Notes under the pieces: generated by a model
Told to the model about the DNA's origin: nothing
Seen by the model: the letters and a program-made list of their open reading frames with translations, nothing else
Database searches by the model: none
Position numbers and translations under genes: made by a program
Shown: in pieces, positions 24,234 through 35,460 of the stretch
Layout of the letters: every line of letters starts with the position of its first letter
Position numbering within the stretch: the first letter of the stretch is position 1
From: Lama guanicoe
Taxonomy: Eukaryota
Assembly: GCA_013239625.1 (NCBI GenBank)
Contig: MU053588.1
Location: 1,622,508-1,686,507, forward strand
Length of the DNA stretch: 64,000 nucleotides
Reading direction: 5' to 3'

Positions 24234-24761
24234 TGTATGATCAGGCCACCCAAGATGGCGGCTCTCTTGCTCTCTGCACATCCCCTGCTCTCCCAGTCCC
24301 CACTTCACCTACATCCTACTTACATGACTGACCTCCCCTCTTAATCATAGAGCCTAATCAGTCAATGCCTACAGAATTACACCCAGCCCCAACTAGTGAT
24401 TGTTCTGATCTTTAGATCAGATCATCTCCACCATGATAGCTTACCCAAGGAGGTGGTAAGGGGCATGCTCCTCTGCTGGTTTCCCTGGTAACCAAAGAAC
24501 CAACCTGACATGAATCTCCCCTATAACTAGTACCTCCCCCAAACTCCCCCATCCCTCACCCTGTAGCAAAGACTGCTGTTGCCATGTCCTGCCAGCTGTC
24601 TCCCACACACAGTGGGGTGTTGCTCCAGGACCTTGCTTCAGACATGTCAGACCCCCTTATCCAATAAACCACTGATATCTCTGTCACCATCTCCAGCTCT
24701 TTTTTCAGTCTTGAGGCTGAACAAGTATCGGTCTTGCAGGCTTGCAGCGTACAGCCCAACA
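24234..24761 (+). mobile_element. ERVL-type solo LTR (MER74-like) inserted in an MLT1 element
   Basis: TG...cagcccaaCA ends, perfect 5-bp TSD AAGGC, AATAAA at about 24663, YY1-type CAAGATGGCGGC at 24251-24262. Confidence 0.7.
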
Positions 24762-25127
24762 AAGGCCAACCCAGATTGAAGGGACGTGGGAAAAGGGTCA
24801 AAAACTTTGAAAACATGTTTTAAAAGTACTACCATCTGCCCTCTGGCCATAAAATATTTATATTCCTTCCACATGCAAAATTCACTCATCTCGTTCCTCA
24901 GCCTCATAAGGCTCATCTATTTTGCATCAGATTCACAGTCGAAGTCTAGGACCTCATCATCTAAGTCAGATCCAGGTGTGGAGGAGGCCACCCTACTGCA
25001 GGGATACAGGATCTCTTGAGCACCTCTAAAGGGAATGAAGCAGATGCAACTATTTGGGAGAACAAGAGATGAGTATTTAGAACTGCGCTGCCCATTCTGG
25101 TTGTCACCCGTCCCACAAAGCAATTAG

Positions 25128-25130
<3 letters not shown>

Positions 25131-25162
<32 letters not shown>
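25131..25162 (+). repeat. (GATT)n microsatellite
   Basis: Direct observation; probably derived from an L1 tail. Confidence 0.9.
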
Positions 25163-27039
25163 CATATAGTCGGTTTACAAGGTTGTGTTAGTTTCTGATG
25201 ATTCAGTGTACATATGTCTATATATATTCCTTTTAATATTCTTTTTCATTATAGACTATTAAAAGGTACTGAATATATTTCCCTGTGCTGTACAGTAGGA
25301 CCTTGTTGTTGATCTATTTTATATATAGTAGTTAGTAGCAATTTGATTTAAATGAAAAAAATTGAAAATTCCACTCTTCCATTGCACTAGCCAGATTTTA
25401 AGCACTCAGCAGCCACATGTGGCTAGTAACTACTGTATTGGACAATAGAAATACAGAACACGTCCATCATTGCAGAAAGTTCTATTGAACATTGCTGACT
25501 AGACAACAGAAGTCCAGGGATGCCCTGTGACTCAGAAAAGGATTTCTGAATATATGTCTTAGTTTAGGATCTCCCCAAATCCTGCCCTGAGCCAAGGGTA
25601 GAGGTGGTTTTTCTGGGAAGTATCCCCAGGAAATACACATGAGTGGGAAAATTGGGACTGGAAGAGAATAAAGCCAACAAATGGTGGAGAGTCAGGTGAG
25701 ACAAGTGAGTCACGTGGGCACTTGCCTGAACCTCAGGGTGAGTGCTTTCTTGAATTTGTCACCCTACACACCTCACTTCCTCACCCTAGCTAGCCCCAGC
25801 CCCGAAAGGGTGACCACCGTGAGTAACTAGACACATTTGCACCAGGGACCATCTAAGGAGTTGAGGAATCATGTTTAACACACTTCAGAATTGACTCATT
25901 GAGGAAAAGAGAAACAGAATTATTTAATCACAAGCTCAGGACACGCACTGGTTGAAGATTTCCCCTGGGGAATTAATCCTGGCACTTCCGGTCTGCTCTG
26001 CATGCAGACAGGAGAAAGACCTCAGATGGAGGAGCAGAAAGATACGGGCACATGAAGAGGGACAGCGTGTGTGGGAAGTGCCCACCACTATGCACAAGTG
26101 AGAGAGAAAATGACCTGAAGGGATATGATGGGGACCCCAGCTGCAGTGCTACAGTAAATCCTAGAAAACCCCCCACAGAGAAGATGTGTGTGATCCTTAA
26201 GGTGATGGGGAGCTGGAGGCAACCTAGGTGTCCATCACTGGGGGAATAAATAAGTGAAGGAGTGCTGTGCATTAAAGTATGGGGTGGGATCGGGGACTGG
26301 GCATGCGGCCAGAGGTAAAACCTTAGAGGGTCTTTCAATTGTGGTCCTATATTATGATCTGAAGGGTGTGATTAATATTCTTCTGCACCTCAGGGCCAAG
26401 AAAAAAATAAAGGAACGAAAAAAATATGATGTACCTGCACATCAGAGCAACTCCCTACCTGTTACACAATTATTATTACCCCAGGGGGATATGACAGCAC
26501 AGTAACCAGGCTCTGCCTGCCTTCTGGAAGCCCTCCTCATTGCCTTCTTTCCAGGCAGCCCCTCCACTCCCCAGCAAATGCTCCTTCCATGGCAAATGAG
26601 GAGTTCCCTACCCTTGCATGCAACCCAGAGGGAGAGAAAGTAAAGCTGGGCGTCTGTGAGTCCCAGAGGTTCCCATCTCCTACTTTGGCTGTCTATAGAC
26701 TAGGGAGTAAACCCATGGGACTCCGAACTCCGTCTCTGCCATGAGATGCCTGTGGGACCTTAGGCAAGTCACTTTGCCTTCCGGTGCCCTAGCTCCCTCA
26801 CTGATAAAATGGGGTGATCATAAAAATACCTACTTACAAGAATGTTTGGAGCATATAAAGAGTGATTTTGTGGAACATGCTTAAACCAGTGGAGGAAGCC
26901 CCCTCTTCGCCACTCCAGCAGCCTCGCCCACACACACCCTGCCATAGCCCCTGCCCTGCCTGGACAGCTTCCTATCTCTCCTCCTGTCTCAGCCTCAATC
27001 AGGGGCTCCCCAAAGTCCCAGGGACTCCTAAACTAGCCT

Positions 27040-27250
27040 CGGGAACTTCTCAGGCTCCAGCCTGGGATTTAATTGCAGTATCTCTTTCCTTTTTGGAGAG
27101 TTCTGGGCTCACCTGGCCCCCAGACACCTGTCAGTTCACCGGGCTCAGCAGCTGGCTCCACCCACTCATGCCAGTTGAGTCAAAGCCATTTGCCTTTTCA
27201 CTTTACAAACCACAGCCAGGATTGCTCACTTGCCCTGGTTTAAAAGGCAA
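27040..27250 (+). promoter_or_regulatory. IFNL1-type proximal promoter remnants
   Basis: NF-kB-like GGGAACTTCT at 27041-27050, IRF/ISRE-like CTTTTCACTTT at 27194-27204, TATA-like TTTAAAA at 27239-27245. Confidence 0.55.
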
Positions 27251-27284
27251 GCCATACAGCTGGGGAGGCAGTGGCCATTTGGCC

Positions 27285-28808
27285 ATAGTTGCAGCATGGA
27301 TCCTATTTCTGGTGACCGTGGGGCTGGGCTTGGCCATGGTATGTTCTGTCCCTGCTTCCAGTTCCACTGGGAAGAGCTGCAACATTGTCAGGTTCAAATC
27401 TCTGTTACCCAGTGAGCTGGAGGCTGTCAAAAAAGCCAAGGATGCCTTGGTAAGTCCCTACTGTTGTGGGCTAACCTCTACCCCTCCTGCTGTAGCCAAG
27501 CTCTGCTACTGTTGGCTAACCTCTATCCTCTTGGTATGGGGTGGCCTCTCACTGTTCTGCTATGACTAACCTCTATCCTCTATGCTATGGATAAACTCAG
27601 GCCCTCCTGCTAAACCTTCATCCTTACTGCTAGCCTCCAGCACGCCTGCTGTGGGCTGACCTTGCCCTTGCTCCCTAGGAAGAGTCACTCTTGCAGAAGG
27701 ACTGGAACTGCTGCTCCTGCCTCTTCCCGAGGACCCGAGACCAGAGGCAGCTGCAGGTGAGTCTGGAGAATCAGGCCCCACTGACCTGGCTCTGCAGGCA
27801 GCCCCTCCCTTCCTCCTTCTTACCTGTCCTTCCCTCTCTCTGATTTCTCCTCCTCTGTCCCCTGCCCCTGTCCCTCCTCAACTGCTCCCTTGACCCTATC
27901 CCTCCCATGGATTCCTGTTTATCATCTCTCTGTCTGTCCTCACTTCCCTGTCTCCTTCACCTTCTCCCTATCACTCTCACCTGTTTCTTCTCATTTCTCT
28001 CTTCTTTTCTCTCCCGGTATGTCTCCCACCAGTGCCCCTTGCCCTGCCCACCTTGTCACTGTCTGCTCTCAACACTCATTCCCTCTTCCCCGCTTCCCTG
28101 CCCTCCTCGCCACTGACTCTCCCCTCTCTCCCTCATCATCTTTCTTCCGCTGATCTCTCCCCTGCATCCTCCCGCATCCACCCTTCCCACCTATGCAGCC
28201 ATCTGTCCCCCTCCCGCTTGCCTCCCCAGCCTGTTCTCTTCACTGGGCCTTCTTGCCTAGACTTCCTCACCTGTTCTCTCTCCCCTCTCCTCAAGGCTCT
28301 GTTTTCTCTTGGAGGCAGAGCTGGCCCTGACCCTGAAGGTCCTGGAGACTGTGGCTAACTCATCCCTGTAGGATATCCTAGATTGGCCCCTTCTCACGTT
28401 AAGCTACATCCACTCCAAGATCCAGGGTTGTGTGAGTGCTTAGGGCACCCAGGCTGTGTCTGTGGGTTCTGAGCCTATGGGACCCCACCGCTCTGTACCA
28501 AGTCCTGTCTCACACACCACCCTCCTCTGTCCTCAGGTCCAGGTTCAGCCCAAAGCGGGCCCCAGGGTCACCTCCAGCACTGGCTGCACCAACTCCAGGA
28601 GCCCCTGAAGAAGGTGAGTGACCCAGGAGAAGGATGGATGCTGGGGTGCTGGGTAAGGAGGATGCTGATGCCCAGGCAACGGGAAACAACTTTCTCATCT
28701 GTGTCACAGGAGTCTCAAGACTGCCTCAAGGCCTCTGTCACGTTCACCCTCTTCCACCTCCTCACACGGGACCTGCATTGTGTCACCAGTGGAGACCTGT
28801 GCAGCTGA
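27285..28808 (+). pseudogene. IFNL1: IFNL1 (IL-29)-like unprocessed pseudogene; exons 27285-27449, 27679-27756, 28296-28431, 28537-28613, 28710-28808
   Basis: Exon 1 (I)VAAWILFLVTVGLGLAMVCSVPASSSTGKSCNIVRFKSLLPSELEAVKKAKDAL matches the human IFNL1 N-terminus (MAAAWTVVLVTLVLGLA...), but the start codon is ATA. Exon 3 is 8 nt short and has TAG at 28369-28371; exon 4 is 7 nt short. It lies next to the LRFN1 3' end, as human IFNL1 does. Confidence 0.88.
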
Positions 28809-29747
28809 GAATCAGGACCAACCCCGACCCATCTGGGACCCCAGACCTTATTTGTGCTCTAAGCCCCACACCCTGCCTTAAGTTATTTCCTCTCATCCCT
28901 TATTTATGCAGCTGCTGCCCTGACTCAGACCTAAAAGAAATGTTCACTTTTCTACTTTTGTACCATTTATACAATATGCAGCGATAAACAGTAAGGAATT
29001 GGAACCTTCTGTGATAAGTGCATCCATGAGTATGTGTACGTGCATGACTGTGGGGCTGTGACTGAGTGTGGATGTCTGTGTGGTGCGGCCAAAATGTGTG
29101 ACAGGTTGTGTATATCTGTGTGTGTGCCTGACCCTGTGTGTGTAGGCATCCAAGTGAGTATCTGCCTGAACCTGAGTCTAACTGAAGATGCATAATGGTA
29201 TATTCATGCTCACGTGTGTGCAAGGGTGTGTGTATTTATACACATGTTTATGTCTCTCCCTGTCTGTGTGAACTGTGTAGCTTTCTTTTCCATGTGTACC
29301 TAGGACAGATGGAAATCTATATCAATCAGGATGCTTAATCCTATGGTAAATGTCAGAAACCCAACTCAAAAGGGTAGAACAGAAATGAATTTATTATCAC
29401 ACATAACAAAAAGTGAGTTGGCAGGGCAGTTCTAGGACTGATTCTTTCATTCATTCAATAACATCTTTCCATTTCTGTTGATTGATTCCTACTCTGGCTA
29501 CTTCATGGTCTCATGGTGGCAGCCATGGCCCAAGCAGTCTCACACAAGTAATATCCTCCAAGTCATAACAAACATCCCAAACTTAATGGAGTAAAACAAC
29601 AACTATCTTATTATGCTCACAGATTCTGTGGGTCATGAAATGGACAACACTATCCCGGGGGATAGCTTGCCTCTGCAGTTTCAAGTGGCTGTGTAACTAA
29701 AGGGCTCAAGTTAATTTCTGTAAAGAATTTAAAACAATTCTTGACAC

Positions 29748-29866
29748 AGGTTAAGCCCCATATATGTATTTATTGCTGTCACTGTTTTAGAATATTTTTC
29801 TTCCCTAGGTTAAGCCCCATATATGTATTTATTGCTGTCACTGTTTTAGAATATTTTTCTTCCCTA
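29748..29866 (+). repeat. Perfect 59-bp tandem duplication
   Basis: aggttaagccccatatatgtatttattgctgtcactgttttagaatatttttcttccct, two identical copies. Confidence 0.95.
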
Positions 29867-32800
29867 ACACAAAGAAAATTCTTATATTTGTTCTCTTCCT
29901 TCCTGCTTAGTTCATTGGTATGAGGATATGAGACCTGGAGCAGTGGTGACCATTTTGTGGCCATAAGGCAACAAGCCTAGATTATAAAGCTGTTCTTGTA
30001 AGGAAGGTGGAAAGAATAGGAAACTGGGTCATTGGTGATATTAAAAGTTATTATGGTAAACCTCCAAACTCCCAACTCCAGACTTGTTCAATGAGATAAC
30101 CAAATGTCTTAAGTCATGTTAATTAGGTTTCTGTTTCTTGCTGCCAAATGTATCCTGAAATATCCATCTCTGGATGCTCAAAATAGAACCCAGAGAAGGT
30201 AGCCAATTATTATTTGCTAATAAACATTTGAATCATGTAGAACATGTCTGAGTTCAGGCATATAACCCTCTTTAGTATGAGTGTTGTTAACTGAGTAAGG
30301 TTGCAAATCTCTGCTTGGAGATGCCAAGGCCTAACAAAGAAATTTTCAGCTGGGTGTCTTTTGTTTTTGCCTTCCCAGCATCTATTTCTCCTAGTAAAGC
30401 GCCTCGCCTTTCCTTTGGGTAATGACCCCCTTCCTTTCCCACCTCATCATTGGTTGGACACGTGACTCGGGTTTGCCAATCAGAACACTCCATCTCCAAG
30501 AGCACAGTGGCAAGCCTTCCCTTGTCCTCCCTCATGATAGCATTGGCATAAGCTTCTCCCTCTGTTAGGAACATGTCCCACTACGCACCCACCTCCCAAT
30601 GTCTTCACCTGACTCACTTCCACTCATTCCCTATGTCTCGGTAATATTCTCCTCCTCCAAAAATCCTTCTGAGTGGTGCACTGGGGTTTCTGTTGCTTTT
30701 ATATGCTCAACAAACTTTTCCAACCTACTTTCCTGGTGACTATTTAGGTTCAGCCATATGAAATTGCCACTATCCTGCCATTTTTAACCTACAAAACCAG
30801 GAATTTCATATAGTTCAACCTAATATCTTTAGCATGCCCACCCCCAGGTCACAGGATCTGGTCACGTGACCCCAGCCTGGCCAGTCAAAGCCTTCCATTC
30901 CCTTGGATGCCACAGTCAATGCAGAGGTACCACGTGACCCCACTCTGGCCAATCAGAGCCCTTCCCTGGGATTTTTTTCATTTAGGACTGGAGGAGACTT
31001 TGCCATTATTACCTCTGGGCTATGGTGCTAAAAGGATTGAGTCTGTGTCTGTAAATAAAATTTTCCCTTCTCCTTTCAGTTGAAGAGGATAAATCTGCGC
31101 CAAGACAAATAGAGAAGAAAGATGAATGGGAAGAAGGTCATGATGGAGTTGAGTCTGAGTCCCAGTCTCTAAGGCCAAGTTCCTTGTAGCTTTACCCTCA
31201 GTTGTCTCCTTCCTAGCTGCATGAACCAACAAATGTGCACTTTTTATGTCTAATCCAGTTAAACTAATTTCCTGTCACTTGCTACCAAGATTCCGACTAA
31301 TTCACTTCCCTGAACCTCCAGGCTGGGTCAGACAGCTCTTCTGGGCTTTGATAGGCTCTATCAAATGTTTCTCCCATCGCAGCCCTATTGGTATCTGTCT
31401 GTCTGAGCTCCAGGAGGACAGGGACAGGAGCTGTCTTGGTCACTGCTAGGTCTCTAGTGTCCAGCACAGGGCTAGGCACAGAACAGAAGCCCCAATACTC
31501 CCCTTGAGTGATACCATGCCCTCTCCACATGTTCCTTGGGTTTAAAGCTTACAATTTTGGAAGAAAAAAAAAAAAGCAAGCACGGCATTTGTATTGATAA
31601 ACATTACTCTGTTAAACGAAGGACCTGAAGTTACAGGGGAAAGAAGGTGGTGGCTGTCATCCAAAGGGCTGAACCAGGAACCATGTGGGCCCCAAATATG
31701 TCATTGGGTGGATGCCAACTTCTGAGGTGGCAATTCCTGATTTTGTTTTGAAGACAGGAACACCCTGCTCCAAAGCTGAGTTCTCCACGGAAATCAAGCT
31801 TTATACTGCCCCAGCTGAAAACACTCCATTGGCTTCCCACAGCTTTGAGAATAAAATCTTGACTCTTGACCACAGCCCACAAGACTCTGCAGAATCTGCT
31901 CCCTGCTTGCCTCTCCCACCTGCTCTCCTCACAGTCTCCCCCTTGCTCCAGTCCAGACATACTACCTCCAGCACACCAAGCATACTCTGCCTCAGGGCCT
32001 TTGCACATGATATTCTCTTTGCCAAGAATGCTTTTCCCCGGCTCTTCCCACAATGGATTTCTTCAGCTGCATCACCTTCCTTGACTCCCCACCCCAATCT
32101 AAAGTAGGCTTCTCAGTCATTCCCTGTCCCATCACCCTGTTTTCATTCTCTCTGTGACATTTATTCACTGCCAGACACTCATTATTTTCTTGTTTACTAT
32201 CTCTCGCCTCTAGAATATGAGCTCCACAAGGCAGGGTTTTCTTGTTTTGTCTGTTTTGTTCTCTATGTTACACCTGCACAGGGCCAGGTACATAGTACAC
32301 ACTCAGTAAAGCTTTATCAGGTGAACCAGACAATAGAGTCTAAGGGTTAGATGGGCAGGATTCGGAGGCAATAAACTTTCCAATCATGGCTCTGCCGTTT
32401 ATTGGCTGCATGATCTTGAGTAAGCTCCTTACCCTCTGAACTTCTTTCCTCATCTAGAAAAGAGGGTGCATACACTGCACACATCTGTTGCAGAGTATAA
32501 ATGCAGTCACGCTTACTATCTGAGTAACTGCATTTTGTGAGCGTTATGTGTCGCGTGCTGGGTTGCGTGCTCTCTATTCGTGCATCAGGGAGGGTTTGTG
32601 AGCACAGTGCCTGGCGTGTGGGAAGCCTTCAGTTACTGGGAAGCCAGGAGTCGTGATGACTGAGATAGACAAGTGTAGCTGGGCCATGGGGTGATTCTGG
32701 CCGGTGATTCTCTGATGCCTCTGTCCTATCTGCCTCCCACCCTGTCAGCCCAGATCCATCCCCCTCCCTCCTGCTCTGCTTCTATTTCTGTCTTTCTCTC

Positions 32801-33750
32801 CTCCTCCCCAGGCCTCAGGGGGCCCCTGGCTGGTGTGAAGCCTGCTTCCTTCTTCCCCAGGATCAGCAAAGAGTTTTCACTGCAGGGCACACTCCCCAAC
32901 ACAACTTCCCTTCCCCAGCCACAGCCTGCAGCTCACCTGAGAAACTGCCCACCACACACCAACCTCTGTGCCCCTAGCAGACCCCTTCTCCACCTAAGAT
33001 CCCTCAGACTCCAGCCAGGTGACCAAGGAACCCTTTCCCTTGTCCCCTCCCTGACCAGGCTGGCTTTGGATACCCAGGTTCAGCTAAGGGCCTTGGTGCC
33101 ATTCCCCAGCTTCCAGACACAGACACCAGAGGCAACATTGTGTAGCAGTGAGGAACAGATACTGAGGTCAAACTGCCAGCTCTCCTGTATCTTTACCGGG
33201 GGAGCCTTGGGCAAGTGACCACTTCTCCCTGGTCCAGATTCCTATTTCTAAAATGGGTCCAAATGTATCCACCTCAAACAGTTGTCTGACTTGAGAGAGA
33301 TAAGGCATGTTTAGCACAATGCCTGTGTGTAGAATGAACATTCCCTAGTTGCTCAGCACTAGAGACTCAGAAGGCTGCCTGCCTTTTTTTAAATCTCAAT
33401 TTTGCCACCTTTTGGTTATGTGACATGGGACAAGTTCCCCACTTTTCTGGGCCTCAATTTCCTCATCCATAAAATAGGATAATAGTACTGATGCCCTAGG
33501 GTGGTTATAAGAATTAAACGATTTAAGGGCTTGGCACACAGTAAGCACTGACTAAATGTTAGCTTTTTTTTTTTTATTCCCCACCTCTAAGTCTCTCAGA
33601 GGCTGGAAATTGTGCAAATCTCCCTGGTCCCAGGTAGCCATCCTGCCTTCAGTGTCACTTAAGAGTCTTTACACTGTAATCTAGGTCACCCCCCCAAGAC
33701 ACACGGACACACACAGAGGTCAGCAGAGCGGCCTCAGACACAGAAAAAAG

Positions 33751-33756
33751 TTTAAT
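33751..33756 (-). terminator. LRFN1 poly(A) signal (ATTAAA)
   Basis: tttaat on the + strand about 800 nt past the stop codon, followed on the minus strand by U/GU-rich sequence. Confidence 0.6.
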
Positions 33757-34559
33757 TCTCCTGCGGCGGAGGGTCCCCGGCTCCTGTAGGGAGGGGGATT
33801 TGGTTTTGGATTTTGTTCATGTGGGGATTTATCTGAGGGAAAGAGGAAGGAATAGGGGAGAGTCTGGTCCTTCCAGTGGGACCTGCCCCGGAGAATGTGT
33901 ACTGGGAAGAGATAATCTGGAGAGACAAGAAAACTGGACGAAATACAGGAGGGCAGAAGAAGAGACAACACGGGACAGAGAAGAGAGACAAACAGAAGGA
34001 CGTAAGACAGAAGACAGAGGGCGGGACTGAGACAAACGAAGGGAACAGAGAAAGGGGGGACCCCAAGCCAGACCCGACGGGACCAGGGAGTAGAATGGGG
34101 TGGGGGTGGGGGCTTTGGAGGCCGCCGCGGGACAGAATAAGATCTAGTCCAGCCAGATACAAGAAATGGGCCCCTCGCCCCTGCCCCGGGTCCCGGGCGG
34201 GGAGAAGGGGCTCGTGTCTCAGTGCTGCAGTGTGGGGGGCCCTGCCCCTCCCCGCGCTTCGCTGTGTAAGGCACCGGCTCCAGCGAGGTCCGCGAGCGCG
34301 CGGGGGGAGGGGCAGGAGAGGGGCTTAGAGTCCGTGGGGGAGGGGAGCCCGGCTGCCCGCCCTCAGACCCCCCCTGGGCGAGGGGGCGTGGCCTCGAGCC
34401 GCAGCCCCCAGGAGCCCACCCCGCTCTAGGGAGGAGAAGCGCGTCTCCCCTCCGGTCCGCTGTCTTGGCTCGGCGCTTTCTCCCCCGAGTCCTGCCCCGG
34501 CGTCCGGGCGGCTGGGCGCTTGTCCGCGGCACACAGGCCTCCCGGCGCCCGCCTGCCGC

Positions 34560-35460
34560 TCACACGGTACTCTCCAGCATCCACTCGGTGCTGGTAAAGG
34601 CCAGCCGTGCCCTGGCGGAGCCCAGCCCCAGGTCTCCGTCCTCCCCGGCCGCGCCCCCTCCAGCCCCGTCCAGGTGCGGCGTGGACCGGTGGCGCTTTGT
34701 CCGCCGGGCGCGGCGCGGGTAACTGTGGCTCTGGAAGAGCGCCCCGTAGTCCCCATCGAACGAATAGCGCTGCTGTGGCCTCGGCCGAGCCGGGGCTCCC
34801 CCAGGAACCAGAGCTAAAGTTGGGGGGGCCGCAGCCGGCGGTCCCAGGGCCCCGGAACGGCTCCTCCGAGGGCCTGAGGCGGCCAGGGACTCCTCCGCGG
34901 AGGTTTCCTCGGATGGCAGCAGGCACAGCGAGGTGGCTGAACCGCCCAAGGAGCGTCCAAGGAGCGCCTCCGGCTCCTCGGAAGCCATCTCGGCTGCCGT
35001 GGCCTTCGCCTCGACAGCCACGGCCCCAGTAGTTGGAGACGCCACCTCACGCAGCGCCTCGTAGCGGTCTTGCGGGGGCGGGGCCTGCGGCGCGCCTGCA
35101 CCGTTGGTCTGCGAGCACACATGGCTGACCCGCGGAGGCGACCTGCTGGTGCCCTTGACTCGGCGGCTATCCCCATCGCCGTAGACCTTGTAGCGGATCA
35201 TGAGCAGAACGATGAAAACGAGGACAGAGGCGACGATGACGCCCCCAATGGCGATGATCATGGTGCCGCCCAAGAAATGGGCCCTCAGTGGGCGGCAGGG
35301 CGCCGGATCCCCAGCGGTGGTAAACTGCACGCAGCCCACCACTCGAGTGGCCGGCAGCGCCGTGGCCCCATCGTCGTAAACGGCCAGCACGCACAGGTCA
35401 TAGGCGCGACCAGCTGCTAGATCATTCACCAGGAAGGTCTGGCTGGTGGATGGGATCATC
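34560..35460 (-). CDS. LRFN1: LRFN1 last coding exon
   Basis: (R)[14 protein letters not shown]...WMLESTV*. Confidence 0.95.

Noticed and set aside
26862..27569. 235-aa ORF running through IFNL1P exon 1 as a possible rescue with an upstream start
   Set aside because: The upstream part is promoter or MIR sequence 5' of the TATA-like box, and exons 3-4 are disabled regardless. The -8 and -7 deletions sum to -15, but a stop occurs between them.
33720..35420. Multiple long ORFs overlapping the LRFN1 last exon and 3' UTR
   Set aside because: Stop-poor GC-rich shadow frames with no recognisable domains.
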